The notes beneath the pieces were generated by a model, which had not been told where the DNA came from, ran no database searches, and was given only the letters and a program-made list of their open reading frames with translations. Below, piece after piece: positions 48,232-60,098 of a stretch of 64,000 nucleotides of DNA (position 1 is the stretch's first letter; every line of letters starts with the position of its first letter). Source of the stretch: an uncultured Verrucomicrobiae bacterium (lineage in GTDB: Bacteria > Verrucomicrobiota > Verrucomicrobiia > Chthoniobacterales > Chthoniobacteraceae). Position numbers and translations under genes: made by a program. The DNA is taken from NCBI GenBank assembly GCA_963828525.1, contig CAWHEP010000006.1:32001-96000 (forward strand). The letters are read 5' to 3'.

Positions 48232-50574
48232 ATGATCGCTTTCCCCCCAGAAACGCCGCCACCTTACGCGGAGAATGAGGCTGCGTACCGCGACCTCTTT
48301 GACGAGGCGCCCGTCGCTTATCACGAACTCGACCTGGAGGGGCGGTTTACCCGGGTAAATCACACCGAACTGGTGATGCTGGGCTACACCACCGATGAGA
48401 TGGTCGGACGCCCCGTCGCGGATTTCATCGTTGAGAAGGTTTCCCGCGAAGCAATCGCTTCCAAGGTTCGGGAGGAGGCTCCTCTTATTGCCTATGAACG
48501 GACTTTCCAGCGCAAGGATGGGTCTCTTGTCCCTGTGTTAATGCAGGATCGGCTCATCCGCGACCAATTCGGGCGCGTTCGCGGCATCCGCTCGACCTTG
48601 CAGGACATAGGGCTGCGGAAGCAGATTGAGTCCGAGCTGGAAAAGGCGCGCGACGCCGCCGTTGAGTCCACGCGCTTGAAGTCACAATTCCTGGCGAACA
48701 TGAGCCATGAGATCAGGACGCCGATGAATGGCGTCATCGGTATGACCGGGCTGCTGCTCGACACGGATCTGACTGCCAAACAGCGCGATTTCGCCGAGAC
48801 GATCCGCACGAGCGCGGAAGCCCTCCTCACCATTATCAACGACATCCTGGATTTCTCCAAAATCGAGGCTGGGATGCTGAAGATGGAAAATGCCGACTTC
48901 GATCTCCGCGCCGTTGTGGAAGGCTCCGTCGAATTGCTGGCCGAGAGCGCGCTCAGCAAGCGGATCGAACTCGCATCCCTTGTTTACAGCGACTTGCCGA
49001 CCGCTTTGCGGGGGGATTCGGGCCGCTTGCGGCAGGTTCTCACAAATCTGATCGGGAACGCGGTGAAGTTCACGGAGAAAGGGGAGGTGGTGGTGCGCGC
49101 CACGAAGAAGGCGGAAACAGGCTCACACATCGTGGTTCGCTTTACTGTCTCGGACACGGGGATTGGCATTTCACCGGAAGAGGGCGAACGGCTATTCCAG
49201 GCGTTTTCTCAAGCAGACGGTTCCACCACCCGAAAATATGGAGGTACTGGCCTGGGCTTGGCCATATCGAAGCAGATCGTGCAGCAGATGGGCGGGGAGA
49301 TCGGCGTGGATAGTATCCCCGGAGAAGGGTCCACCTTCTGGTTCACCGCGAAGTTCGAGAAACAGCCAGAGGGAGGGAAAGACGCGGAGGAACCCGGCCA
49401 GAAGGGCGATCTCGCGGGTGTGCGCGTCCTTGTTGTGGACGACAACGCCACAAACAGGAAAATACTGCATCATCAACTGGTCTCGTGGAGGATGGCGAAC
49501 GGAGAAGCGGCAAGCGGCGCGAGCGCTCTTGACCTGCTTCGGGAGAAGGCCCGCGCCGGAGTGCCGTTCGAGCTTGCCATTTTGGATATGCAGATGAGTG
49601 AGATGGATGGCTGGATGCTTGCCAAAGCGATCAAAGCGGATCCGCTGATCTCCGCGACCCGTCTTGTAATGATGACATCCCTGGATCGACAGGAGGACGC
49701 CGATGGCATGCGCGGCGCGGGTCTGGATGCTTATCTCACAAAGCCGGTAAAGCAGTCCCAGCTTTTCGATTCGTTGAGCGCGGTTCTCGCGCAAGCGAAT
49801 CCCACTGAGATCAAAGCGCCGCCCGGCGCCACACATACCGCCACGACCCGTTCCTTGCGCATCTTGATCGCGGAAGACAATCTCGTAAACCAGAAGGTCG
49901 CTGTGTATCAGGCGCGCCGCCTGGGCCATACCGCCGTCGTAACGAACAATGGGCGCGAAGCGCTCGAAGCGTTAGAAACCAATCACTACGACCTGATCCT
50001 TATGGATTGCCAGATGCCCGATATCGATGGATACGCGGCGACCGCCGAAATACGGCGCCGGGAAGGGCAGGGGACCCGCCACATACCCATCATCGCCATG
50101 ACCGCGCATTCAATGGAAGGCGACCGCGAGAAATGCCTGGCTTCAGGGATGGACGATTACGTCAGCAAGCCAGTCCAGCCTGAATCCCTCCGCGCGGCCA
50201 TCGAGCGCTGCCACAAGCGAGAGTCCGCTACAGCTGTCGATGCGCGCCTCATCTCCGAACTGCGCGATATGAGCGGCGAGGGCCAAAACATCCTCGGTGA
50301 ACTTATCGAGACATTCCTCGAGAACACCCCGCGTCTCCTGGCGGCGGCCCGGCAAGCGCTCGCCAACGGCTCCGGCGATTCCCTCTCCGCGCTGGCTCAT
50401 AATCTGAAAGGGAGCTGCGCGAACTTCGGCGCGAAAGCGATGGTAAAGGCCTGTGGCGACTTGGAGAAAGGCGCTCTTGCGGGAAAGCCAGATGCCGTCG
50501 CAACCCAGTTGGAGGCCGTCGAGGAAGAATATCAGCGGGTAAACGCCGCCCTTGCCGTGGAACTCACCAGATGA
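48232..50574 (+). CDS. Hybrid sensor histidine kinase (PAS-HisKA-HATPase-REC-REC-HPt)
   Basis: FLANMSHEIRTPMNG, NAVKFT, GGTGLGL, two receiver domains, AHNLKGS. Confidence 0.95.
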   Translation: MIAFPPETPPPYAENEAAYRDLFDEAPVAYHELDLEGRFTRVNHTELVMLGYTTDEMVGRPVADFIVEKVSREAIASKVREEAPLIAYERTFQRKDGSLVPVLMQDRLIRDQFGRVRGIRSTLQDIGLRKQIESELEKARDAAVESTRLKSQFLANMSHEIRTPMNGVIGMTGLLLDTDLTAKQRDFAETIRTSAEALLTIINDILDFSKIEAGMLKMENADFDLRAVVEGSVELLAESALSKRIELASLVYSDLPTALRGDSGRLRQVLTNLIGNAVKFTEKGEVVVRATKKAETGSHIVVRFTVSDTGIGISPEEGERLFQAFSQADGSTTRKYGGTGLGLAISKQIVQQMGGEIGVDSIPGEGSTFWFTAKFEKQPEGGKDAEEPGQKGDLAGVRVLVVDDNATNRKILHHQLVSWRMANGEAASGASALDLLREKARAGVPFELAILDMQMSEMDGWMLAKAIKADPLISATRLVMMTSLDRQEDADGMRGAGLDAYLTKPVKQSQLFDSLSAVLAQANPTEIKAPPGATHTATTRSLRILIAEDNLVNQKVAVYQARRLGHTAVVTNNGREALEALETNHYDLILMDCQMPDIDGYAATAEIRRREGQGTRHIPIIAMTAHSMEGDREKCLASGMDDYVSKPVQPESLRAAIERCHKRESATAVDARLISELRDMSGEGQNILGELIETFLENTPRLLAAARQALANGSGDSLSALAHNLKGSCANFGAKAMVKACGDLEKGALAGKPDAVATQLEAVEEEYQRVNAALAVELTR

Positions 50575-51143
50575 AAGTCCTGATTGCGGAGGACGACCCC
50601 GTTGCTTCCAAGCTCCTGCGCTACACGCTGGAGCATGTCGGCCACGAGCCGCTCCTTGCCTCCGATGGCGCGCAAGCCTGGGAATTGATCCAGCGCGAGC
50701 CCGTCCGGATCATTGTGAGCGATTGGATGATGCCGGAAATCGATGGGCTGCAGCTTTGCCGCCGCGTGCGCGAGAGGGAGACCGCCGACTATACCTACTT
50801 CATCCTGCTTACTGCGAACCATCCCGACCGCGAGAACGTCCAGCGCGCGATGGATGCCGGAGTGGATGACTTTCTCACAAAGCCGCTGGACCGCCCCGCC
50901 ATCTGGATGCGCCTCCGAGTCGCCGAACGCATCCTTGCTTTCACCACGCAGATCAAACAACTGAATGAGCTGCTACCCATCTGCGCCTACTGCAAAAAAA
51001 TCCGCGAGGATGACGCTTACTGGACGCAGTTCGAATCTTACATCCACACCCATACCGGGGCGAATTTTACCCATGGTATCTGCCCCGCTTGCTACGAAGA
51101 GCAGCTCGGCTTGCTTGAGGACCGGCCTGATCTGGAACCGTGA
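50571..51143 (+). CDS. Response regulator with C-terminal Cys-rich domain
   Basis: LIAEDD, DWMMP, DDFLTKP; LPICAYCKKIR...THGICPAC. Confidence 0.9.
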   Translation: MKVLIAEDDPVASKLLRYTLEHVGHEPLLASDGAQAWELIQREPVRIIVSDWMMPEIDGLQLCRRVRERETADYTYFILLTANHPDRENVQRAMDAGVDDFLTKPLDRPAIWMRLRVAERILAFTTQIKQLNELLPICAYCKKIREDDAYWTQFESYIHTHTGANFTHGICPACYEEQLGLLEDRPDLEP

Positions 51144-51170
51144 ATAGTCTCCCGCGTCTTCAACCAGCGA

Positions 51171-51695
51171 TCAAAATGCCGGCCCTCGAAGATTGATCTG
51201 TCCATCGGGCCACTCCTCATCGCCCAGAGCCTTGACCATCGGCTTGCCGCAAAAGGGATTAAAGCGTCGCGCCAGGGAACCACTCATCTCGAGCGCGTTT
51301 GTAACAACCCGGTAGCCGCTCGATCCGTAAACCCGGGGATTGCCGAACAACATCGCAAACGACAGCCCCTGCGCGCCGAGCCACACGTGGATTTCGGCAA
51401 GCATCTGCCGCGTCAGTCCCGTTCCCCGGCAATCTCTCGCGACACATACCTCCGCAACCCCGCCCACCCGCAAGTCTCCGCGGCTCGCGCCGAGAACCAG
51501 GTCGTGGGCGGCCGCGTGCGCCACCAGCCTGTTCTCTGAGTTAAAGGCGAGCCAGCGGTGCTCTGGGCATCTGTTCAGGAAGCGCTGACGCGAAAACCGC
51601 CGCTCCAGAGGAAAACACGCGGAGAGAAGCTTGCGAAGATCCACGTCCTCCGCCGCAGTCAACGAGCAGTCCGGCCGGTAATAAATCTCCGCCAT
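51171..51695 (-). CDS. GNAT family acetyltransferase
   Basis: GVAEVCV....RGTGL acetyl-CoA motif, Y..SGY. Confidence 0.8.
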   Translation of the reverse strand: MAEIYYRPDCSLTAAEDVDLRKLLSACFPLERRFSRQRFLNRCPEHRWLAFNSENRLVAHAAAHDLVLGASRGDLRVGGVAEVCVARDCRGTGLTRQMLAEIHVWLGAQGLSFAMLFGNPRVYGSSGYRVVTNALEMSGSLARRFNPFCGKPMVKALGDEEWPDGQINLRGPAF

Positions 51696-51767
51696 TCCTC
51701 TTCTTAATACCCGGAATCAATGGTTGAAAGCCCGCTCGTGATCCTCTAAAAACGCTCTCCCTCCCTT

Positions 51768-52928
51768 ATGAGCGCAAAAAAGGTCCTCACCGTCGGCATG
51801 ATTGGCTACAACTTCATGGGCAAGGCGCATTCGAACGCCTGGAGGCAGGCGTCAAAGTTTTTCGATCTGCCCGCCAGCATCGTCATGAAAACCGTCTGTG
51901 GCAGGACAGCGGCGAGCGTTGCCCGCGCCGCGACCCAATTCGGCTGGGAGAATGCAAGCACCGACTGGCGCGAAGTCGTTGAAGATCCGGCTATCGATAT
52001 CATCGATATAACCACCCCCAACGACTCCCACGCCGAGATCGCCATCGCTGCGGCAGAAGCCGGTAAAGCCGTTCTGTGCGAAAAGCCGCTTGGCATGAAC
52101 ATCACGGAATGCGAAGCGATGGTCGCTGCTGTGGAGCGCGCCGGCGTCGTGAACATGGTCTGCCACAACTACCGTCGCATCCCTGCTATCGCTCTTGCGA
52201 AAAGGATGATCGCCGCTGGCGACCTCGGCGATCGCATCTACCATTTTCGCGCGCGCTACGCGCAGGATTGGATCACGGATCCGAGCTTCCCGCTTGTCTG
52301 GCGGCTCCAGTCCGCAATAGCGGGCTCGGGCGCGCACGGCGACATCAACGCGCACATCATCGACCTGGGGCGCTACCTCGTTGGAGAGTTTGACCAGGTC
52401 TGCGGAACCATGGAGACCTTCATAAAGGAACGGCCCGTGCTGGAACAATCGGGCGAAGGCCTGGCCGCCGTGGCTGGCGTCAAGATGGGCACCGTTACGG
52501 TGGATGATGCCGTCTCCTGCATCGGCCGCTTTCGGAACGGCGCAATCGCCAGCCTGGAGGCAACCCGTTTCGCGCCGGGCCGCAAGAATCACATCACCCT
52601 GGAGATCAACGGCAGCGGAGGCTCACTCGCTTTTGACTTCGAAGATATGAACCGGCTGCAATACTACAGCAACGCCGATCCCGAGGGAAAACGCGGATTC
52701 CGGGACATCATTGTGACCGAAGCTTCCCATCCCTACATCTCCGCGTGGTGGCCCCCTGGGCACATTCTCGGATATGAACACACTTTCGTAAACGCGTTCG
52801 CCGACTTCATAGAAGCAGTCGTGGCGGGGAAGAGCGCGCAGCCGACCTTCGCGGACGGACTTGAGAATGAGCGCGTTCTCGCCGCCATTGCGGAAAGCGC
52901 AAAAGATGGCAAATGGGTGCGTATATGA
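51768..52928 (+). CDS. Gfo/Idh/MocA family oxidoreductase
   Basis: GYNFMGKAHS, CEKP, GAHGDINAH, WWPPGH. Confidence 0.92.
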   Translation: MSAKKVLTVGMIGYNFMGKAHSNAWRQASKFFDLPASIVMKTVCGRTAASVARAATQFGWENASTDWREVVEDPAIDIIDITTPNDSHAEIAIAAAEAGKAVLCEKPLGMNITECEAMVAAVERAGVVNMVCHNYRRIPAIALAKRMIAAGDLGDRIYHFRARYAQDWITDPSFPLVWRLQSAIAGSGAHGDINAHIIDLGRYLVGEFDQVCGTMETFIKERPVLEQSGEGLAAVAGVKMGTVTVDDAVSCIGRFRNGAIASLEATRFAPGRKNHITLEINGSGGSLAFDFEDMNRLQYYSNADPEGKRGFRDIIVTEASHPYISAWWPPGHILGYEHTFVNAFADFIEAVVAGKSAQPTFADGLENERVLAAIAESAKDGKWVRI

Positions 52929-53668
52929 GATTCATAAATCAGGTCGCGATTGTCACAGGAGCAGGGCGGGGGATAGGGCAGGCAATCGCCGCAAGGCTTG
53001 CGGATGAAGGCGCACGGGTCGCTGTCGTAAGCCGGACAGAGGCGAACGCCGCCAAAACTGCCGAAGACATAAACGCCCGCCACGAGGGTTGCGCGAAAGC
53101 CTACGCTGTTGATGTCGCCGACCACCCCTCCGTCATCACCTTGTGCGCCCAGATTATCGCGGACTTTTCCCGGGTGGATGTGCTCGTGAATAACGCGGGT
53201 CTGACGAGGGACGGCCTCAGTATGCGCATGCCCATCGCCGATTGGGATCTCGTGCTCGAGACCAACCTCCGCGGCGCGTTTAATTTCATCCAGGGCGTCC
53301 AGCGGACAATGTTGAAACAGCGCTCCGGACGCATCATCAACATCAGTTCCGTCAGCGGCCTCACCGGGAATGCCGGTCAGGCAAACTACGCCGCCAGCAA
53401 AGCCGGCCTCCTGGGTCTTACCAAATCCCTGGCGCGAGAGCTTGCCAGCCGTAAAATCACTGTCAATGCCATCGCGCCCGGCTTTATAAAAACAGACATG
53501 ACGGACGTGCTGCCAGAAGCGACAAAAGCCGCGGTTCTCGGGCAGATCCCTCTCGCCACCTTCGGAGACCCGGAAGACATCGCGGCTGCCGTTGCTTTCC
53601 TGGCAAGCGCCGAGGCAAAATTCATCACCGGTCAAGTCTTGACAGTGGACGGCGGTATGGTGATGTAG
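52925..53668 (+). CDS. fabG: 3-oxoacyl-ACP reductase
   Basis: TGAGRGIG, NNAG.TRD, GQANYAASK, ITGQVL.VDGGMVM. Confidence 0.92.
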   Translation: MRFINQVAIVTGAGRGIGQAIAARLADEGARVAVVSRTEANAAKTAEDINARHEGCAKAYAVDVADHPSVITLCAQIIADFSRVDVLVNNAGLTRDGLSMRMPIADWDLVLETNLRGAFNFIQGVQRTMLKQRSGRIINISSVSGLTGNAGQANYAASKAGLLGLTKSLARELASRKITVNAIAPGFIKTDMTDVLPEATKAAVLGQIPLATFGDPEDIAAAVAFLASAEAKFITGQVLTVDGGMVM

Positions 53669-53713
53669 CGCCCATCCCGTGCGCCGCTTTCCGCCATTTT
53701 TCACCCCTGTTCG

Positions 53714-54189
53714 ATGAACCTGTATCTGCTTCGTCATGCGGACGCCATTGATCACGCCGAGACGGACATGGGCCGCTACTTGTCGGAAAAAGGCATCGCG
53801 CAAGCCAAGGTGGTGGGCAAGTTCTGTCGCGAGAACGACATCGCTCCCGAATCGTCCTTTCCAGTCCCTATCGCCGAACCGAGGAGACCGCGAACATCGT
53901 CGCCAAAAAGCTGGAAAACGCCGAGGTGCTCATCGCCCCTTTTCTTAGTTCCGGGATGGTCCCCGCTGCCGCGCTGGAGGGTCTCGCGCCCTATTCCCAT
54001 CTTCACACCGTCATGATCGTTGGACATGAACCCGACTTTGGCCTTCTGGCAGCCCGTCTTCTCGGCCTGCCTGAGCCAAGGCGGCTGCACATCCGGAAAG
54101 CCTCTCTCACACTCCTCGAATTGACTGAACTGGAGGCTGGCGCCGCTACCCTGCACTTCGTCATCCCTGCCAAATTTATGGACCGATGA
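53714..54189 (+). CDS. sixA: Phosphohistidine phosphatase (frameshift near 53850)
   Basis: LYLLRHADA, SP..R.EETA, IVGHEPD. Confidence 0.82.
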
Positions 54190-54871
54190 AGCCGGAAGTC
54201 GTTCACTCAAACCGCTTTGTGGAGGATGCCGCGGATTTTATCGCGCGGCGCGCGGTTGCTGCCGTCTCGGAACGCGGCGCCTTTCGCATCGCGTTGAGCG
54301 GGGGCAACACCCCGCGTCCCGTTTACGCGCGGCTGGCGGCCATGCCTCACATCCCGTGGGAAAAGTTCATCGTCACATACGGAGATGAACGTTGCGTCCC
54401 GCCCGATGACGGGCAGTCCAACTATAAAATGTCGAAGGATGCTCTGCTCAGTTCCGTTCCGATCCCCGCCGAAAATATTTTGCGCGTCCGCGGCGAGATC
54501 GATCCCGATGCCGCCGCCCTGGAATATGAGGAAAAGCTCGCTGCCCGCGCAATCGGTGAGGCCCGCTATGTCCACGATCTCCTGCTTCTCGGTCTTGGGC
54601 GACGATGGTCACACAGCCTCCCTGTTCCCCGGCACCGAAGCGCTGCATGAGACGGGGCGGAACGTCGTCGCCAACTATGTCCCGAAATTCTCCTCCAATC
54701 GCATCACATTCACATTTCCACTGATTAACGCTGCGAGACACGTCTGTTTCTTGGTCAGCGGGTCAGGCAAAGCGAAGCTCGTGGAAGAGATTCTCGCGGG
54801 TGGGTCGACATATCCTTCTGCCGGGGTGGCACCCGCTTTCGGGGCGCGTGACATGGCTGCTCGGCGGCTAA
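54186..54871 (+). CDS. pgl: 6-phosphogluconolactonase (frameshifts)
   Basis: ALSGGNTP, GDERCVPP, DGHTASLFP, RITFTFP. Confidence 0.9.
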
Positions 54872-54876
54872 CAGGT

Positions 54877-55330
54877 ATGCGAATATCCTCACCTATCGGG
54901 CGCCGCGTGACCCAGTTCCTCTGCGTCCTTTTCTTCTGCGCTTTCTGCCTTCCGGCAACATTTGCCGCGGAGAAAAAGGGCTAAAGCTTCGGGGAGCCCC
55001 ACTGCGCCTCCCGACGACAGGGTTGCCTTCCACGGCGCGATATTGGGTTTTGACAAGGCGTCCCGGAGCTTCACGCTCCAAGGCAAAAAGGGAGCGACTC
55101 ATCTATGTTGTTTCACCACGAGCTAAAATGATGAAAGGCAACGGTCCCGCGACCATCGAGGATTTCATCCCCGGCATTTATGTTCGCGGCGCTTCCCGCA
55201 AGCTCGCCGATGGCCGCTTCGAAGCCCTCACTGTAAACATCGAACCAAAACTGTCCTCTCCCAAGATCGAAAGAACACCGAAAGCGAACCAAAGCCAGCG
55301 GCCTCTGCTTCTCCGACGAAGTCTAGAATT
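54877..55330 (+). CDS. Secreted hypothetical protein (frameshifted; end approximate)
   Basis: Signal peptide followed by a beta-rich domain spread over three frames. Confidence 0.45.
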
Positions 55331-55332
55331 CC

Positions 55333-55569
55333 ATGAAAGCCACCGTCATCGTGATGCCAAAACCAACTGTCCTCGATCCGCAGGGGGTTGCCGTCCGGGA
55401 CGCGATCCTTCATCAAGGGATGAGCAGTGTGAAGCAGGTTCGAATAGGCAAGTTCATGGAAATCGAGCTTGGTGAAGGAGCGGATTCCGAGAAGGAACTG
55501 CGCCGGATTTGCAGCGACCTTCTCTCCAATCCGGTCATTGAGGATTATCGACTCGAAGTCATTCCCTGA
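55333..55569 (+). CDS. purS: FGAM synthase subunit PurS
   Basis: VLDPQG, VRIGK, LLSNPVIEDY. Confidence 0.95.
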   Translation: MKATVIVMPKPTVLDPQGVAVRDAILHQGMSSVKQVRIGKFMEIELGEGADSEKELRRICSDLLSNPVIEDYRLEVIP

Positions 55570-55618
55570 GCCTCGCGCCCCGGATTCTCCTTCTGGTCTT
55601 TGCTGAGATCTCACCACG

Positions 55619-56320
55619 ATGAAATGCGCCATTATCAGATTCCCGGCTCGAATTGCGACCAGGACTGCCATCTTGCGCTGAGCGCGATTATGGAAACGGA
55701 ATACGTGTGGCATAAGCAAGATTCCGTCGCCGCTTACGACCTCATTGTCCTGCCCGGTGGGTTCTCGTACGGCGACTATCTGCGCTGCGGAGCCATTGCG
55801 CGGTTTTCGCCAGTCATGCAATCGGTGGTGGAGGAGGCGGGAAAGGGCAAGCTGATCATTGGTATTTGCAACGGTTTCCAGATTCTTTGTGAGGCGCGAC
55901 TTGCTGCCCGGCGCGTTAATCCGAAATCGTTCACTCCACTTCATCTGCGAAGAGACAACGTCTTCGCGTTGAGGAGGTCGATACACCATTCACAAACGCC
56001 TGTCTGACTGGAATGTTGCTCCGCATGCCCATCGCGCATGGTGAAGGGAACTACGTGGCGGATGAAGCGACGTTGCGCGATCTCGACTGTCAATCGGCGC
56101 GTGATTCTGCGCTACGCGGATAACGCGGGACGGGCGTCCGACGCGGCTAATCCCAACGGCTCCGCGCAAAACATCGCCGGCATCTGCAATGCTGGCCGCA
56201 ATGTATTTCGGGTTGATGCCTCATCCTGAACGCGCGTCGGACTCCCGGCTCGGAAGCGAGGATGGGCGCCTCTTTTTCGAATCCGTTCTCGGCTTATCGG
56301 ACAAGGGAGTGGCGGCATGA
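55619..56320 (+). CDS. purQ: FGAM synthase glutaminase subunit (frameshifts)
   Basis: [41 protein letters not shown]. Confidence 0.92.
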
Positions 56321-58560
56321 CCAGCAACGACCCGGAAATTACCCCCGAACTCGTCCGCAAGCACGGCCTCACTGAGGACGAGTACCAGCGTATCATCGGC
56401 ATCCTTGGCCGCGCTCCCAATTTCACGGAACTCGGCATCTTCTCCGTCATGTGGAGCGAGCATTGTTCCTATAAAAATTCGCGCGCCGAACTAAAGAAGT
56501 TTCCCACCACAGGGCCCCTCGTTCTAGTGAAAGCCGGAGAGGAAAACGCGGGCGTCATCGACATTGGGGACGGCTGGGCGGTGGCGTTTAAGATGGAAAG
56601 TCACAATCATCCCAGCGCGATTGAGCCTTTTCAGGGCGCCGCCACGGGTGTCGGCGGTATTATTCGCGATATTTTCACCATGGGCGCGAGTCCGGTGTTC
56701 AGCATGAATTCCCTGCGCTTTGGCCCGATCTCCGGCGCGGCGGGTGAACAGCGCCTGCGATCGAACCGCCGCTTGTTCGCGGGGGTCGTTTCAGGCATTG
56801 GTCATTACGGCAACTGCATCGGCATACCCACCATCGGCGGGGAAATCTACTTCGATGAAAGCTATGAAGGGAACCCGCTCGTCAATGTCTTCTGTCTCGG
56901 CGTCCTCCGGCACGAGCAGATTGCCCGCGGGGCTGCGCATGGAATAGGGAATCCCGTCTTCTACGTTGGCGCGGAAACAGGGCGTGATGGCCTCGCCGGA
57001 GCGGCTTTTGCCTCGCGCGAACTCAGTGAGCAATCCCGTGAGGATCGACCCGCTGTGCAGGTCGGCGATCCCTTCAAGGAAAAACTTGCTGCTGGAAGCT
57101 TGTCTCGAGTTGCTCGAAAGCGGCTGCGTTGCCGGGATACAGGATATGGGCGCCGCTGGCCTGACTTGTTCCACTTGCGAAACCGCCAGCAGGGCCGGCA
57201 CCGGCGTGGAGATTGATCTGGCACTCGTCCCGAAGCGCGAGACCGGCATGACTCCCTACGAGATCATGCTTAGCGAGTCGCAGGAGAGGATGTTGATCAT
57301 CGTGAAGCGCGGCGAAGAGCAAACAGTCAAGTCCATCTTTGAGAAATGGGATCTCCCATACGCCGAGATAGGGCGCGGTCACTGGCGATGGCATGATGCG
57401 TATAAAAAATCACGGCCAGTGTCGTCTCCGAAATCCCAGCTCGTCAGCTTGCCGACGAGGCGCCGCTTTACCACCGCGAAGCGAAAGCGAGGCCACTACC
57501 ACCGCCACTCGATCTGCAATCCGTCCCTGAAAGCGACCCGCGGGACGCGCTCCTGGGCTTGCTCGCTCACCCCTCCATCGCTTCCAAGAATTGGGTGTAT
57601 CGTCAATACGATCATACCGTGAGAGCGGGAGGCATGGTTCCTCCTGGTTCCGACGCCGCGGTTTTTCTTGTGCGCGAGGCCGGAAAGATTCTTGCCGCTA
57701 CCACGGACTGTAATGGCCTGTTCTGTTCCCTCGATCCCCGGGAAGGCGCGCGTCTTGCCGTTGCCGAGGCGGCCAGAAATCTCACCTGCTCCGGCGCCAG
57801 TCTTCTCGCCGTCACAGACAACCTGAACTTCGGCAACCCCTACAAACCGGAAAACTTCTGGCAGCTCCGGGAATCCATCGAGGGTCTGGCGGAAGCGTGT
57901 GCAGCCTTTGGCACGCCAGTCACTGGCGGAAACGTGAGCCTGTATAATGAAAGCCCGGCCGGGGCAGTTGATCCGACGCCGACCGTTGGCATGGTCGGCA
58001 TCATCGAGCGGGAGCGGGATGTCACAACGCAGAACTTCAAGGCTGAGGGTGACGTCATCCTCCTCGTGGGAGGCGAAGGCGCTGAACTGGGCGCTTCGCA
58101 TTACATGAAAGTTATTCATGATCGCAAGGAGGGCTTGCCGCCCCGGCTCGATATCGAGCGCGAGATCGCCCTCCAACAAGGGGTGCTTGCCCTTATTCGC
58201 TCAAACCTTGTCAGCAGCGCGCATGATTGTTCGGAAGGCGGACTGGCGGTTGCCTTGGCGGAGTGCTGCATCTCCGGGAGGCAGAAGATCGGCGCCGCAA
58301 TCGATTTCGGAACCACCTCCCTTCGGGCCGATCAACTGCTGTTTAATGAGTCGGCCTCCCGCGTTATCATCTCCGTCACCAAGGCAAACGCATCCGCCGC
58401 CTGTGCTCTTCTGCAATGGCGCGGTATAACTGTGAGGCGCATTGGCGCTGTCGGGGGCAAGGAACTGTCCATAGCGACAGGCGGCGCGCGATTTTCATGG
58501 CCCGTCACCGAACTTCATTGTACATGGTATTCTGCAATTCATGACCTCATGTCCGCCTAG
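56317..58560 (+). CDS. purL: FGAM synthase subunit PurL (frameshifts near 57087 and 57375-57420)
   Basis: [48 protein letters not shown]. Confidence 0.95.
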
Positions 58561-58639
58561 CTCCCCCGCGGATGTTCTCGCGCGTTTCATGCTACATCTC
58601 GTTGTAGCCAGCCACCTGGAACCAGTCATTTAACACAAA

Positions 58640-60098
58640 GTGGAACAATCCTTCAAACCGCGGGATGAATGTGGCGTATTCGCCATTTTCGGCCATCCCG
58701 ATGCCGCCCTGCACACCTACTACGGGCTGTTTGCCCTTCAACATCGCGGCCAGGAGAGCGCGGGCATCGTCACTTCGAACGGTCCCGCTCAGCCCCTTCG
58801 CCCTTCATCGTGGGATGGGACTTGTCTCACAGGTGTTCTCCAACGCCGACCTCGAACGCGTCAAAGGAAATCGCGCTATTGGCCATGTGCGTTATTCCAC
58901 CACAGGTTCGAGCAACATCAAGAATGCCCAGCCTCTCTATGTAAACTGCCGCCGTGGCCAGCTCGCCATTGGGCACAACGGCAATCTGGTCAACGCCGGG
59001 ATCCTCAAAGATGAGTTGGAAGAGCGTGGCGCCATCTTCGAGACCACGGTGGATAGCGAAATCATCCTCCATTTGCTTGCCCAGCCTTCGGATTCGAGCA
59101 ACCTCCTCGCCGCGTTGCGCAGAGTGGAAGGCGCGTTCTCGCTCGTCCTGATGACGGAGCACACCATTGTCGGAGTCAGGGATCCATTTGGTTTTCGCCC
59201 GTTGATGCTTGGCAAACTGGATGGCGCTTATGTCCTTTCCTCCGAGACTTGCGCGTTCGATCTGATCCACGCCGAATTCATCCGCGAGATTGAGCCGGGT
59301 GAGGTGGTCATCATCAGTGAAAATGGAATCCGGTCCGAATTCCCGTTCAAGGCCGAGAAGGAGGCGTTTTGCATATTTGAGTATGTGTATTTCGCGCGTC
59401 CAGATAGCATCCTCCGCAACATCAACGTCAGCAAAGTCCGCACGCAGATGGGGCGCGAGCTCGCCCGGCTGCATCCTGTCGACGCCGATATCGTAGTGCC
59501 TGTTCCCGATTCAGGGAACTACGCCGCGCTTGGTTACAGCCAGGAGGCGAACATCCCTTTTGAGCACGCTTTCGTGCGGAACCATTACATCGGCAGGATT
59601 TTCCTTCAGCCGACCCAGCTCATCCGCGACTTTAACGTGCGAGTGAAGTTGAACCTCATCAAAGAGATCGTTCGCGGCAAACGTGTCGTGGTGGTGGATG
59701 ACTCAATCGTGCGAGGGACGACCGCCCGCGCCCGGGTTGTGAATTTGCGCGAGGCGGGAGCGAAGGAAGTTCACATGCGCATCAGTTGCCCCCCGCACAA
59801 GTTTGCCTGCCATTACGGCATCGATTTTCCTGATCCTTCCAATCTCCTCGCCAACCAGATCACACTGGACCAGATCAGGGAATATCTCGGCGCGGACAGT
59901 ATTGGCTATCTTGACATGGCTGGCATGGTGCGGGCGACGGGCCTTCCCGAGAACAGCTTTTGCCTCGCCTGTTTTAACGGGGACTATCCGGTTCCGTTTG
60001 ATCCCCGCCTCGACAAATACATCATGGAGCGCCGTCAGGACCGGGCCAGCATGTTGCTTGAGGATTCTCAGCCCGGGCTGTTTTCGACGCTGAAATGA
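58640..60098 (+). CDS. purF: Amidophosphoribosyltransferase (frameshift near 58790)
   Basis: [33 protein letters not shown]. Confidence 0.95.
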